Shown: positions 18,546 to 29,227, counted from the stretch's first letter. The stretch is DNA of 64,000 nucleotides from an uncultured archaeon (GCA_964551725.1 CAZKED010000002.1:30873-94872), one strand, 5' to 3'. The notes: a model not told the origin generated them from the sequence alone. Translations and numbers: made by a program.

Positions 18546-20498
18546 ATGAGTGCAGTTAATTGGGTTACCGAAAAGGACGAAAAAGGCTGTTACTGGCCGA
18601 GCGAGGAAATGAAAAAGAAAGCATTTATGTCCCGCCCCGGCATATATGAGGAGGCTTCAAAGGACCCGGAGCAGTTCTGGGCAAAGATGGCAAGAGAAGG
18701 CCTCCACTGGTTTGAAAACTTCACGACAGCATACGAATGGAATCCGCCGCACTACAAGTGGTTTTTGGGCGGGAAAACCAACGCATGCCACAACTGCCTT
18801 GACAGGCACGTGGAAGCGGGAAAGGGCAGCCGCACCGCAATGGTCTGGGTTCCGGAGCCAGTCGGAGAGGAAGCGAAAAAGTTCACTTATTCCGAACTCT
18901 TGGAGGAAGTTAAAAAGTTTGCCAACGTTCTCAAAAAACTCGGAGTGAAAAAAGGCGACCGCGTCGGAATTTATCTGCCGATGATTCCGGAAGTGCAGAT
19001 AGCAATGCTCGCCTGCGCTCGCATCGGCGCAGTGCACAGCGTTTGCTTTTCCGCTTTCAGCGGCGAATCCCTCAAGTCAAGACTCGTTGACAGCGAGGCA
19101 AAAGTGCTCGTCACAAGCGACGGCTATTACAGGAGAGGAAAGCCCCTCAACCTCAAGGGAAACGCGGACACCGCTGTAAAAGGCACGAGTGTTGAAAGCG
19201 TTGTAGTCGTGAAGAGAGCCGGGCTCGAAGTCGAAATGAAGAAAGACCGCGATTACTGGTTCCACGAGCTCATGGAAGAAGCCAGCACCGACTGTCCCGC
19301 GGAAAAACTTGACTCGGAGCACATGCTCTTCACTCTTTACACCTCCGGCACCACGGGAAAGCCCAAGGGCATTGTGCACGAAACAGGCGGCTACATGACC
19401 CAAGCCTACTGGTCCTGCAAGTGGACCTTTGATTTGCATGAAGAGGATGTCTTCTGGTGCACCGCTGACATCGGGTGGGTTACGGGTCATACCTACAACT
19501 GTTATGGTCCGCTGGCGGTCGGCACGACAATGCTGTTCTTTGAAGGTGCCCCGGACTACCCGGACAAGGACAGGTGGTGGCAGATAGTGGAAGACCACAA
19601 GGTAACGGTTTTTTACACTGCGCCCACGGCAATCAGGATGTTCGCTCTCTGGGGCAACCAATACCCTGAAAAGCACGACCTTTCATCCATCAGACTGCTC
19701 GGCACGGTGGGGGAACCGATTGACGAAGACGCCTGGAACTGGTATTTCGAGAAAATAGGCGGAAAAAGGTGTCCTGTTGTTGACACCTGGTGGCAGACTG
19801 AAACAGGCGCGTTGCTCATTTCCGGGTTGCCCGGCATTGGTCCTTTCATTCCGACAGTTGCAGGCAGGCCTTTCCCAGGTGTTACAGCGGAAATCGTGGA
19901 CACTGAGGGGAACGAAGTAAGGGGGAGCGAAGGCGGCTACCTTATCCTCAAGAGCCCTTTTCCCCCGGCAATGCTGCGCACGATTTACGGGGACGACGAA
20001 AAGTACGTGCAGACCTATTTCACGGAATACGGGAAAGAAATATACTTCACGGGCGACGGCTCCAGGTGGTTTGACGAGAACAACATACGCGTTACAGGCA
20101 GGATTGACGACGTAATGAAGGTAGCAGGTCACAGGCTTTCAACCGCAGAGGTAGAGAACGCGATTGCCTCGCACGACAAGGTTTCGGAGTGCGCTGTTGT
20201 CCCGAGACCGCACCAGATAAAGGGCGAGGTTCCGATTGCCTTTGTGGTGCTTAAAGGACACGAGCCCAGCGATGAACTGAGGCAGGAACTCGTCGGGCAC
20301 GTGCGCAATGAAATAGGCCCGACAGCAAAGCCCGAGGAAATCTATTTTGTGAGAGATTTGCCTAAAACCAGGAGCGGCAAAATAATGCGCCGCATGCTCA
20401 AATCCCTTCTCACAGGCCAGCCGCTGGGAGACGCCACAACACTCCAAAACCCGCACACGCTGGACAACCTGAAAGAAGTGACCGGCTACAAGGGGTGA
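18546..20498 (+). CDS. acs: Acetyl-CoA synthetase (AMP-forming)
   Basis: YTSGTTGKPKG, WCTADIGWVTGH, DTWWQTETG, GRIDDV..VAGHRL, LPKTRSGKIMRR. Confidence 0.97.
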   Translation: MSAVNWVTEKDEKGCYWPSEEMKKKAFMSRPGIYEEASKDPEQFWAKMAREGLHWFENFTTAYEWNPPHYKWFLGGKTNACHNCLDRHVEAGKGSRTAMVWVPEPVGEEAKKFTYSELLEEVKKFANVLKKLGVKKGDRVGIYLPMIPEVQIAMLACARIGAVHSVCFSAFSGESLKSRLVDSEAKVLVTSDGYYRRGKPLNLKGNADTAVKGTSVESVVVVKRAGLEVEMKKDRDYWFHELMEEASTDCPAEKLDSEHMLFTLYTSGTTGKPKGIVHETGGYMTQAYWSCKWTFDLHEEDVFWCTADIGWVTGHTYNCYGPLAVGTTMLFFEGAPDYPDKDRWWQIVEDHKVTVFYTAPTAIRMFALWGNQYPEKHDLSSIRLLGTVGEPIDEDAWNWYFEKIGGKRCPVVDTWWQTETGALLISGLPGIGPFIPTVAGRPFPGVTAEIVDTEGNEVRGSEGGYLILKSPFPPAMLRTIYGDDEKYVQTYFTEYGKEIYFTGDGSRWFDENNIRVTGRIDDVMKVAGHRLSTAEVENAIASHDKVSECAVVPRPHQIKGEVPIAFVVLKGHEPSDELRQELVGHVRNEIGPTAKPEEIYFVRDLPKTRSGKIMRRMLKSLLTGQPLGDATTLQNPHTLDNLKEVTGYKG

Positions 20499-20529
20499 GC
20501 CCTTGTAGGGTTTTCGTTTTTCGCCCCCT

Positions 20530-21705
20530 TCACGGCAGAAAGTCCTTGTTCTTTATTTTTTTTGGCAAATATTCCTCGGCAACGAATTCCAGCGATTTGT
20601 TCGCGAGCGCCTGCTGCTCTATCCTGACTTTCTGGGAGATTGCGGTCCTGAGTTCTTTCTGCCAGGGCTTGTTTTTGAACCAGTCGTATGCAAGCATTTC
20701 CTTCGCCCTTTTTATGTCGCCTGGTTTCATTTTTTCTGTTACGTTATCCAAGTTGTAGTTTTTGATGTCCTCCAGCGTCATTCCTATATAGCGCGCTTCA
20801 GGGCAGGCAAGGAAAGCGGAGTGCGCTGCCAGCGCCATGGAGCCCTGCTTTACAACGCTGTAAATGTACCAGCCGTAGGGGTCGCCGTCGCAGAACATGA
20901 GCACAGGAAGCTTTTTTTCGGTGTGCAGGCGGTGAATCAGCCTTCGGGTTCCGCGGGCGGCCTGCCCTCCTGTTCCCACCAGAATTGCCTTGTTTTTTTT
21001 GGCAAAATCCTCCTCAATCAAGCGCTCGTACATTGCGCTTGTTTCAATAACGAGCACGTATTTTGCATCCGCCTGCTTTATCTCTATTTCGTTCGGCTCC
21101 ATTCTGCTCATAACGCTCCAGCCGCCTCTTCCCAGTTTGAGGCAGTTGAACTTGTCGTTGTGATGCCGCCTGTCAACGAGCGTTATGTCCCCGTAGAGTG
21201 TTCCTTTTGGGTTTGCGTGCACGTTCAATTTTTCCCTGATTGTATCGACAGAGTGCTCCAAGTCGACAATGCAGGCGTCTGATTCGCGCTGGTCGTCGAA
21301 GGTGTTCTCTTTCGTGCCCTTGATGTTGTGCTTTAATTCGTAGTATATTTCCCTGATTGAAGCGGTTTTGTTGTGGTTCAGGTAATCGTGGCATTTGCTG
21401 GTTACGAGCATTGTCTGGAGGAATTTTTTAGTGTGCGCTATGTTTAAGAAAGACCTCGTTGTTTCCTTGTCCCCTAACTCGATTATTCCCTTGTCCTCGT
21501 CGAATTCAACGTTTCCGCGCCCCCTTTGTTTTGTCACAAACCTCGGGTTTTCTCCTTTTTTTATCTGTTTCACTATTTTTTCGCTCATTTCCCTGATTCT
21601 TTTCGCTATTTCCTTGGGTCCTTCCTTTTCGTGCTTGGGGGATTTTTTTTTCTTTTTTTTCTTCCCGCTTTTAGCGGTTTTTCTGGCTTTCTTTTTTTTT
21701 GCCAT
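20530..21705 (-). CDS. top6A: DNA topoisomerase VI subunit A
   Basis: SIREIYY (catalytic Tyr), ENTFDDQRESD, VIET, DGDPYG, IEQQAL. Confidence 0.96.
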   Translation of the reverse strand: MAKKKKARKTAKSGKKKKKKKSPKHEKEGPKEIAKRIREMSEKIVKQIKKGENPRFVTKQRGRGNVEFDEDKGIIELGDKETTRSFLNIAHTKKFLQTMLVTSKCHDYLNHNKTASIREIYYELKHNIKGTKENTFDDQRESDACIVDLEHSVDTIREKLNVHANPKGTLYGDITLVDRRHHNDKFNCLKLGRGGWSVMSRMEPNEIEIKQADAKYVLVIETSAMYERLIEEDFAKKNKAILVGTGGQAARGTRRLIHRLHTEKKLPVLMFCDGDPYGWYIYSVVKQGSMALAAHSAFLACPEARYIGMTLEDIKNYNLDNVTEKMKPGDIKRAKEMLAYDWFKNKPWQKELRTAISQKVRIEQQALANKSLEFVAEEYLPKKIKNKDFLP

Positions 21706-23432
21706 CAGTCCTCACCTTCTTCCTCCCCGAACACTTCCTCGCGGAATTTCTTAATCCTTTCCTTTTTTTTCTTTTTCTTTTCCTCTTCGTGCTTTTTTTC
21801 TTCTTCGGGCTTTTCAAGTCTGAGTTTTGTGAGCACGAGGTACTCAAGTTTTTTCACCATCATTTTTTTGTCGGCTTTTGTCACTTTGTTGAGCGCTGTT
21901 GCTATTTCGGGAATATACTTGTAGAACATGTCGCGCTTCATTTTGTTCTCTATTTCCTTTCTCCTCTCCCTTATATAGTGGGAAGTGCGGCGAGCGCACT
22001 GCATTAGTGCTAGGCGCAGTTCTTCCATTACGTCGTCCTCGTCCGTGATTGCCTGTTTTCCCGCCCCGGTGTAGGGCACGTGCACTGAAGTGAAGTTCAC
22101 GAAAATTGTGAGCGGAACATTTTCCAGGTCTCTTACGCCATAGCGTTTCCAGTCAACGCTGTGCACTGCTTTTGTAATGGCGCAGTTTCCGCCGTCGAAG
22201 AGAAGGGGAGCACGGTTCGCGAAACGCATTATTTCCACTTTTGCGTCTATTTCCCCCTCCATTATGTCTTTTGTGGCGTTTCCGGAGGACTCTCCGTTCG
22301 TTCCCCTGCCTGCTTTTCCACCGTATGCGATTCCTATTTCGACTTGGAAGGGGAATCCTCCGGCATACACTTTGGGCGGTCTTGTGAGCGTATACACGAA
22401 TTCCGGTTCGACTATTGATTCAAGGGACTTTTTTATCCTGCTCTCTCCTATGGGCCTTAACCCGTCGGTGCTCGGGGCAATGAATTCGACCTTTTTGAAT
22501 GCTTGGATTATCTGTTCGGCTTCGTCCCATGAAAGCTTTTTGGGGTCCTTGTTGAGGTCGAATTTCACCTGCTTTTGCAGCTTGTCAATGGACGTGTCGC
22601 CTATTCTCTCAAAGTCCGTTTTGAGGAAGCTTGAAACCTTTCTTCCCGTGGTAGAGCGCCCCATGGTGATTATTTCGTCCACTGTTACGCCGTTGGGGTG
22701 CGGTTTCATCGGCTTGGGAAGCTTTGGAATGTAGGCAGCAGTGCGCTTGAATGTGACTTTTTCCCCCTTGGGTGAAACGAAGGTAATCTGCGCGTGAGGA
22801 TTCGCTATTGCTGTCCTGCGTATGTATTCCATGGGCCCTGTTGCCGCTTCCCTGTACATTACGTTCTTGAATTTTGCCTGCACCATGAGCCCGCGGAATT
22901 TTTTCTCCAAATCGCGCATGTTCTCTATTTTGGGCTCGTTCTTTTTCGGGTCAATCGTAATCTCGCACGCAAATGGCTTTCCTTTTTCAGTTCCCGAAAT
23001 AACCTTTATCGCCTTCCCCGTTGTCATCTGGGAAAGCATTGTTGCGCCGGAAGCTCCGATCCCCTGCTGGCCCCGCATTTGAATCAAGCGGTGGAATTTT
23101 GTTCCCGCCAAAAGCTGCCCGAGCGCTTTTCCCACCGTCTGTTTTGTCAGACCCGGACCGTTGTCTTTCACCGTGAGCACATAGTATTCCTCGCCCAGTT
23201 CCTCCAGTTTCACGTCGATTTCCGGCAGAATGTGGGCTTCCTCGCAGGCATCCAAGGCGTTGGTCAGATACTCGTGCACCACTGTTGTAAGCGAGCGCAC
23301 CTTTCCGTACAATCCGAGCATTTGCCTGTTCTTTTTGAAGAATTCCGCAACGCTGTGCTCTTTGAATTCTTTTGCGAGTTTTTCCCCGCTGATGATTCCG
23401 TCCGCCATTTTTTCACTATTTCCCTTTCGCAC
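21705..23432 (-). CDS. top6B: DNA topoisomerase VI subunit B
   Basis: SVAEFFKKNRQMLG, EYLTNALDACEE, DNGPG, RGQQGIG, RFANRAPL. Confidence 0.97.
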   Translation of the reverse strand: MRKGNSEKMADGIISGEKLAKEFKEHSVAEFFKKNRQMLGLYGKVRSLTTVVHEYLTNALDACEEAHILPEIDVKLEELGEEYYVLTVKDNGPGLTKQTVGKALGQLLAGTKFHRLIQMRGQQGIGASGATMLSQMTTGKAIKVISGTEKGKPFACEITIDPKKNEPKIENMRDLEKKFRGLMVQAKFKNVMYREAATGPMEYIRRTAIANPHAQITFVSPKGEKVTFKRTAAYIPKLPKPMKPHPNGVTVDEIITMGRSTTGRKVSSFLKTDFERIGDTSIDKLQKQVKFDLNKDPKKLSWDEAEQIIQAFKKVEFIAPSTDGLRPIGESRIKKSLESIVEPEFVYTLTRPPKVYAGGFPFQVEIGIAYGGKAGRGTNGESSGNATKDIMEGEIDAKVEIMRFANRAPLLFDGGNCAITKAVHSVDWKRYGVRDLENVPLTIFVNFTSVHVPYTGAGKQAITDEDDVMEELRLALMQCARRTSHYIRERRKEIENKMKRDMFYKYIPEIATALNKVTKADKKMMVKKLEYLVLTKLRLEKPEEEKKHEEEKKKKKKERIKKFREEVFGEEEGED

Positions 23433-23963
23433 TTACAGTTCGAATTTTTTCTCCGTTAATTTCCTCTTCCTGATGCGCTCGTACACCGTCGCAATGTTCG
23501 CTCCCTTGAGGAGCATTTCAACTGCTTCCTCGGCGAGCGCTATTTCCTCTATTCCCCCGATTATTGAAATCGTGTTTCCGTGCACTGAAATGTAGCAGTT
23601 TGTTTCCCTTTCAATTTTTTCCCTTACCGTGCCGCTCCTTCCTATAACGCGCGCTTTTTTTTGGTGTATTGCTTTCTCGCTTTTTCCTATTATTTCCCTG
23701 AGGGAAAGAATTCTGAGCGCGAATTCCTCGTTTGCCAAGAGCAATGCCTTGTTGGGGGAAAAACCGCGTGCAATCGCTTTCACTACGTCCCTTGCCCTGA
23801 ATTCCTCGAAATCCTTTTCTGCGGAGATTTCCACTTCCCCGCTTTTTGAATTCACGCTGAGTTTTGCGTTTGTCGCTTCCTCAATCCGCCTCCTTGTTTT
23901 TCCTCCCTCGCCGATAAGCACCCCTATTCTTTCCCTTGGCATTTTTACGGCTTCTTCCTGCAT
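23433..23963 (-). CDS. KH-domain RNA-processing protein (Dim2/Pno1)
   Basis: RIGVLIGEGG, AIARGFSP, RVIGRSG; conserved position beside rio1. Confidence 0.92.
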   Translation of the reverse strand: MQEEAVKMPRERIGVLIGEGGKTRRRIEEATNAKLSVNSKSGEVEISAEKDFEEFRARDVVKAIARGFSPNKALLLANEEFALRILSLREIIGKSEKAIHQKKARVIGRSGTVREKIERETNCYISVHGNTISIIGGIEEIALAEEAVEMLLKGANIATVYERIRKRKLTEKKFEL

Positions 23964-24063
23964 TGAAATCCCTTGCGCGCATCCGCTATTAAAAAAAAGA
24001 CCAAAAGATTTAAAAATTGAAATATGCGTTTTTTTGGGCAAAAGACTTCAAAATTATGCACTT

Positions 24064-24822
24064 TCAGATTTTCCCCTTGAGGGCTTTTACCTCGGCTTTT
24101 AGCTCTTCGGTGCCCACTTTTTCGCCTGTTTTGGAGAGGTAATTTGCGATGTTTTCCAGGTCCCGCTGGAAAAACCGCTCTGCGCTGGGATGCGTTGTGA
24201 GAACTGCCTGCGCACAATCAATTATTACTGGTTCGCCGTTGAAATTGAGAATGTTGTACTCGGAAAGGTCCGCGTGCACTAACTCTGCACAAAAAACCAT
24301 TCTCGCCAGTGCTTCGACAATCATTTTCCTCAGGAGCACGGCGTCTATCGCAGATTCTTTGAGGGTTTTCGCTGCCGTTTTTCCCCCGATGAATTCCATT
24401 ACCAGAACGTTTTCGTGGAATGCCAATGGCATGGGCACCCTTATCCCGGCTTCTGTGAACTTTTCCAGGTTTTTGAATTCCTTGCGAGTCCACTGGTAAA
24501 TTAGTTCCCTGCGGGACTTTTTCACTTTTTTGAAGCGCAAGTCGCCTTCAATGTACGCGCGCATGTGCTTGAATTTGCTCGTTTCAATCTTGTAAATTTT
24601 CACCGCCCGCGGGTTTCCCGCGGGGTCGGCAGCGCGGAAAACCTGGGCTTCCTTGCCGGCATTCACCAAGTGCTCCAGCGCGTCAATGTATCCACGCTGC
24701 GCGAGCACGTGCACTGCTTTGACGGTGCGCTCGTCGAAAACTTCGCCGAACACCTTGCGGACAGCTTCGCCGCGGAAGTGCTCCATTTTTTCCGCGTGCT
24801 CCCCGCTTTTTCGCCCTGCCAT
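24064..24822 (-). CDS. rio1: RIO1-type serine/threonine kinase
   Basis: GKEAQVF, AVKIYK, WTRKEFKNL, VHADLSEYNIL, IIDCAQAV. Confidence 0.94.
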   Translation of the reverse strand: MAGRKSGEHAEKMEHFRGEAVRKVFGEVFDERTVKAVHVLAQRGYIDALEHLVNAGKEAQVFRAADPAGNPRAVKIYKIETSKFKHMRAYIEGDLRFKKVKKSRRELIYQWTRKEFKNLEKFTEAGIRVPMPLAFHENVLVMEFIGGKTAAKTLKESAIDAVLLRKMIVEALARMVFCAELVHADLSEYNILNFNGEPVIIDCAQAVLTTHPSAERFFQRDLENIANYLSKTGEKVGTEELKAEVKALKGKI

Positions 24823-24868
24823 GAAAAAAATAGTAATGGAAAGGATTTTTTTACCCTTTCTTTTGCGT

Positions 24869-25204
24869 TTAAACAGGCAGTCCTTTGAGGAACCCCTTTC
24901 TTGCAAGATAGTTTTTCTGCCCGCCCAGATATCTCCAGACAATGTCGGCTTTGCTGGGCTGGAAGTCCCACACCTTGATTATTATGAGGTCTCCTTCCCT
25001 TATCCAGACCCTTTTCCTCATCTTTCCGGTTATTCTGCAGTTCCGCTCCGTGCCGTCCTGGCATGTTGCCCTCACTTGGTCTGTGCCGTGCATTTTTGTC
25101 ACTATTGCGAACTGCTCGTTGTCCCTTTCCCTGGGCATTCTCAGTCTTCTCGGTGAATCCTCTTCCGAGTATTCCCTGTTGAAGTTCTTTTTTTTCCTCC
25201 TCAT
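24869..25204 (-). CDS. eif1A: Translation initiation factor aIF-1A
   Basis: CQDG..RNCRITGKMRKRVWIREGD..I..WDFQ..KADIVWRY. Confidence 0.95.
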   Translation of the reverse strand: MRRKKKNFNREYSEEDSPRRLRMPRERDNEQFAIVTKMHGTDQVRATCQDGTERNCRITGKMRKRVWIREGDLIIIKVWDFQPSKADIVWRYLGGQKNYLARKGFLKGLPV

Positions 25205-25208
25205 CCCG

Positions 25209-25499
25209 TCAAACCCTGTAAATCTGAGCGTGAGGAACTCCCGCAATCTTAATTATGTCCCTCTCGCTTATTAAACCTTTCTTCAATGCTGCCGCAACAA
25301 CTTTTTCTCCGAGGAGATTTATGTTCGAGTGCTCTTCCATCAGAGAGAGCAGTTCTTTTTCGGTTACTGCCGAGCCCTTGTAGAATGCTTCGCTCACCCT
25401 GAAGTCAAGTTCGCCCTTTTTAAGCGTTTTCCCGAGGAGAACGCTGTCGCATGCCGCGAGAACGCTTTTTCCCTGCAGTGAATGGATTTTGCAGTGCAC
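25209..25499 (-). CDS. DUF424 family protein
   Basis: LAACDSVLLGK, FYKG, NLLGEKVV, GVPHAQ; start at GTG 25499 inferred. Confidence 0.88.
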   Translation of the reverse strand: MHCKIHSLQGKSVLAACDSVLLGKTLKKGELDFRVSEAFYKGSAVTEKELLSLMEEHSNINLLGEKVVAAALKKGLISERDIIKIAGVPHAQIYRV

Positions 25500-25501
25500 T
25501 T

Positions 25502-25903
25502 TTATTCCCTCACCGCTGAGAGCGCGCCGCAGGCCTCGCATTTAAGCATTTTGATGCCTTTGTGCTCTGTCATTTTTGTGTCGGGTCTCCGGCACTCGTG
25601 GCATAAAACGAATTTTTCTAGGTATCCGTTGATGAGGTTCTGTATTTCCTTCTGGGAAAACCTTCCCTTCAGAATCAGGCGCTCCGAATCAATGTTTGCA
25701 AACGTTCCCGTCTGCTTTGTAATGTATTTCAGGGCGTGCTTTTCGTCCCTGTTGATTGTTTTCATTATTTTCACGAAATTGCTTACAACCGTGCGGTTGC
25801 CCTGTGAAAGGCTTTTTGCAACGGGCATTTCAAACCTTTCCTTGTGCAGTGTTTTTTCCGGCAAATTCTTGTAGAGTTTGTCCAGTGCCTGTTCATACTT
25901 CAA
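25502..25903 (-). CDS. eif2B: Translation initiation factor aIF-2 beta
   Basis: YEQALDKLY, ERFEMP, CHECRRPDT, CEACGA. Confidence 0.95.
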   Translation of the reverse strand: MKYEQALDKLYKNLPEKTLHKERFEMPVAKSLSQGNRTVVSNFVKIMKTINRDEKHALKYITKQTGTFANIDSERLILKGRFSQKEIQNLINGYLEKFVLCHECRRPDTKMTEHKGIKMLKCEACGALSAVRE

Positions 25904-26451
25904 TCAATCACCTTCCTTTCCACGGTGAGCTCGCTTGCTCTCGTAAATCCGCCAAGCTCTTCGCCTTCCTCTTTTTCTTTTTCCCTGCGGGTTTTTCCTT
26001 CTTTCCTTTTGCTCCCTTTTTCCCCGGCTTTCTTCTTTTTTCCTTTTGCGTGTTTCCTTGCACTTACTGATTTCAGCACTTCAAGTCTTTTAAGCATTTC
26101 TTCCTCGAAAGAGAGCTTTTGGATTCCCTCGAGCGCAATGAATACGCCCCTGTTTCCTTCGCGCGGCTTTCCCACGACGCTCACCACGTCGCCCTCTCGC
26201 ACGTTTTCCAGCAGTGCGCGTTCTTCCCCGAACGCGAGCACGTCCATTGCAGCGGAAAAGTCGTCAATTGAAATGCTTGAAAGTTGTTCCGAGCTGAACG
26301 TGCGGACGCAGTTGCCCCAGCAGTTCACCCTTGAAATTTTTTCCCCGCTTTCAAGCGTTGCATAGTTCGGCTCGAACTCGCCCTCGCTTTTGAAATAGCG
26401 CGCTTTTTCCAGTTCTCCGAGCGTTACCCTTTTTGCAACCGCGGTTTTCAA
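25900..26451 (-). CDS. OB-fold protein, RPA32-like
   Basis: SRVNCWG..V, IDDFS, GDVVSVVGKPRE OB-fold pattern. Confidence 0.7.
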   Translation of the reverse strand: MKTAVAKRVTLGELEKARYFKSEGEFEPNYATLESGEKISRVNCWGNCVRTFSSEQLSSISIDDFSAAMDVLAFGEERALLENVREGDVVSVVGKPREGNRGVFIALEGIQKLSFEEEMLKRLEVLKSVSARKHAKGKKKKAGEKGSKRKEGKTRREKEKEEGEELGGFTRASELTVERKVID

Positions 26452-26495
26452 TTTAAAGCCCCCATAGAATTAATAATTACTTAAGTTATAAAAGG

Positions 26496-27146
26496 GTGTG
26501 GTGCAATAATTGTGAACGGTTGAACGGAATGGAACTGCCGGCTTTTTTGCAGGAAGAGGAATTAACCCCGAAAAAAATGCTCGCAATAGCCGCAATCGTG
26601 GTTTTTTTCGTGGCGGTTGTGGCTTACCTTTTCTATTTCAAGCCAGGGCTGCTGCACGAACTCCTTGTCAGTTACGGTCCCTTAGGGCTTTTTGTGGGCG
26701 CAATTGCGGCGAATGCGACAATACTGCTCCCGCTGCCCATTGACATCTTGGTTTTTGCTGTCGGCGGCGAGTCCTTTTTTGGCTTGGGCGCGTTTGACCC
26801 TTTTGTTTTGGGGGTTTTGGTGGGAATTGGTTCCGCGATAGGCGAAATGAGCGGCTACATACTGGGCGTGCTAGGAATAAAGAACATAGAAAAAATGAAA
26901 AAGCACGAGATTGAAAGGGTTAAAAGATTGAAGAGGCGGATTTCGAAATACGGGATGTTGATAATCGCTTTAGCCGCTCTCACACCGTTTCCGTTCGACC
27001 TGGTGGGAATTGCCGCTGGACTGGTAAAATTCAATCCCAGGAAATTCTTCACAGCCTGCGCGATAGGAAAAGGGATGCGTTACGTGCTGATTGCTTACGC
27101 CGGCGCTGTTTCCATTCCCGCCGTAAAAATAATTTTCGGTCTCTGA
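26496..27146 (+). CDS. VTT/DedA (SNARE-associated) membrane protein
   Basis: GSAIGEMSGYILG, LTPFPFDLVGIAAG, GKGMRY. Confidence 0.88.
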   Translation: MWCNNCERLNGMELPAFLQEEELTPKKMLAIAAIVVFFVAVVAYLFYFKPGLLHELLVSYGPLGLFVGAIAANATILLPLPIDILVFAVGGESFFGLGAFDPFVLGVLVGIGSAIGEMSGYILGVLGIKNIEKMKKHEIERVKRLKRRISKYGMLIIALAALTPFPFDLVGIAAGLVKFNPRKFFTACAIGKGMRYVLIAYAGAVSIPAVKIIFGL

Positions 27147-27180
27147 TTTTACTGCACAGGAGCGTTGCGCGCTCCGGGGT

Positions 27181-28005
27181 TCACCCGACAAAAAAGAGCC
27201 ACATCGTCAGCCATGCCGCAACCATGAAAAGCGTTTGCAGGGGGAGCGCGGGCAACGCAATGCGCTTTTTCGCGCAGTATTCCAGCGTGAGCAGCAGCCC
27301 CAGCAGGGATGCAACAAGGACCGCGAGGCTGGGGAGGAAGAATGCCGGAAATTCGACCCTCAATGCGGAATACTTCAGTGCCGCGGTAGCGAAAACAAGC
27401 GGGATCACCATGTCTCCAGTTCCCAACTGGAAAGCGTGCTTTTTTGTGGGCAGCGTAAAAGTGAAAGCCAGGTTCTGCGAGGTAATCGCCTGAGCCATTT
27501 TCACCATGTGTTTTGTGCCAAAAACAGCGATAATGTCATAAAGCGCGAGCACTGAAATAAACACTAACACTGGCAGAATGCCCAGGCTCACCCCGAGCAC
27601 AGAGCCGACGCCCGCAACGGCGAGAACGCTTGTAGCGTTCTTCAGCCATATGTTTTCCTTCAGCGCGAGCCTTGCCGCGATAATGAGCACAGCGAACATG
27701 AAAGCTGTTCCTCCCAAAAAAGGCGACAGCACTATCATCGAGGTTCCGAAAACAGCGCCTATTTCAAACAGTCGGAGGAAAACCCCGAAAAACCTCGGCT
27801 TGAAAAAAGTTATCGCAACGAGCACTATTGCGGTTACGACCAAAATGTAAATGATAAGCCCCACGGCGTTTTCTATGTCCTCGGGGTTGTCGGTTACTAT
27901 GTGGGCTTCAACGCCCTGCTCTATTAAATTTGAGGCAACGTGCAGTCCGAGCAACTGCGTTACCACAAACAATGCAACCAGCTGGAAGAGCAACAGCTTG
28001 TTCAT
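27181..28005 (-). CDS. Presenilin-family intramembrane aspartyl protease
   Basis: LYDIIAV (YD), LGTGD (GxGD), PALP; multi-TM. Confidence 0.92.
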   Translation of the reverse strand: MNKLLLFQLVALFVVTQLLGLHVASNLIEQGVEAHIVTDNPEDIENAVGLIIYILVVTAIVLVAITFFKPRFFGVFLRLFEIGAVFGTSMIVLSPFLGGTAFMFAVLIIAARLALKENIWLKNATSVLAVAGVGSVLGVSLGILPVLVFISVLALYDIIAVFGTKHMVKMAQAITSQNLAFTFTLPTKKHAFQLGTGDMVIPLVFATAALKYSALRVEFPAFFLPSLAVLVASLLGLLLTLEYCAKKRIALPALPLQTLFMVAAWLTMWLFFVG

Positions 28006-28058
28006 TAAAGGATTGTTGCTGAATGTGTTTTTAACCCTTTTCCAGAACACTTTTTTCA

Positions 28059-28430
28059 ATGGAGCAAAAGAAAAAAAACAGGAGTGCCGGGCAAAAAGTG
28101 AAGCCCTCTCGGAGGCGGAAAAAGCGCTACATTAAATTTGCGCTTGAATGCCGCGAGCCCCTTTCCAAGAGGGATGCGGAAACCGCTATCTCAAGGCTTT
28201 TTTTCTCGGTTTTCGGTCCAAAGGGGCTGGTTGAGATTTCACCAAAACTCATAGAGTTCTCCCAGGGAGAGAATGCCGGAATAATCCGTTGCAGCCGCGC
28301 GGAACTGCAAAAAGCCGAAAAGGGCATTCTCTCCCTCAAAAAAGTGAAATCCTGCAGCGTTAAACCCAGGATTCTGGCGGAGAGCGGCACGCTGAAATCG
28401 GTGCGCAGAGCAGGCAGGCAAAGCATTTAA
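28059..28430 (+). CDS. RNase P protein Pop5/Rpp14
   Basis: KPSRRRKKRYI, GIIRC, SGTLKS; head of the exosome superoperon. Confidence 0.85.
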   Translation: MEQKKKNRSAGQKVKPSRRRKKRYIKFALECREPLSKRDAETAISRLFFSVFGPKGLVEISPKLIEFSQGENAGIIRCSRAELQKAEKGILSLKKVKSCSVKPRILAESGTLKSVRRAGRQSI

Positions 28431-28492
28431 ATGGTTTCGCAGTATAATTCCTTGATTTAATATACAGCTGTTTTAGTGTAATTTTTTGAGAG

Positions 28493-29227
28493 GTGGATTT
28501 TTTGATTCCCGGCGCGAGTCCCAGAAGCACCGCCTATGACCGCGTTGCAACAATGTTTTCCCCAAAAGGACGCCTGTACCAGGTTGAATACGCCTCAAAA
28601 ATAGTGGAACAGGGCACTTTGGGCATCGGACTGGTTTACAAAAAGGGAGTTATTTTGGGAGCCAACAAAAACATTCCCACAAAACTCGTGATAGCGCCCT
28701 CCATTGAAAAACTTTTCAAGGTTGACGCGCACATAGGGGCGATAAGCTCAGGGCTGGTTGGAGACGCAAGAAGGCTTGTAAGGATTGCAAGGGAAAAAGC
28801 ACAGGAGAACTCAATGTATTACGAGGAAAAAATTGAAGTGGAAACGCTTGTAAAAGAACTCGCCGGAATAAAACAGGTTTTCACCCAGTACGCGGGAATG
28901 CGGCCCTTCGGGGTCAGCTTCATAATAGGCGGAGTTGACTTCAAGGGAAAGCACGTGTTTGAAACAGAGCCGAGCGGCGCACTGGCGGAATACAAGGCAA
29001 TAGCCATAGGAAAGGGAAAAAAGCAGGCAATGGAGCTTCTTGAAAAAAAATACAACGAAAAAGCGGGACTCGAAGAAGGAATAAAACTGGCATATGAAGC
29101 AGTAAAGCATTCACTGGAAAAAAAAGAGCCTTTTTCAATAAACAATCTGGACTTTGCATTCATAGAAGAGGGAAAGGAATTCGAAAGAATTCCCGTGAAG
29201 AAACTAAAGTCTATTTTAGGGAAATAA
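28493..29227 (+). CDS. psmA: Proteasome alpha subunit
   Basis: YDRVATMFSPKGRLYQVEYA, GLVGDAR, RPFGVS, EPSG. Confidence 0.96.
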   Translation: MDFLIPGASPRSTAYDRVATMFSPKGRLYQVEYASKIVEQGTLGIGLVYKKGVILGANKNIPTKLVIAPSIEKLFKVDAHIGAISSGLVGDARRLVRIAREKAQENSMYYEEKIEVETLVKELAGIKQVFTQYAGMRPFGVSFIIGGVDFKGKHVFETEPSGALAEYKAIAIGKGKKQAMELLEKKYNEKAGLEEGIKLAYEAVKHSLEKKEPFSINNLDFAFIEEGKEFERIPVKKLKSILGK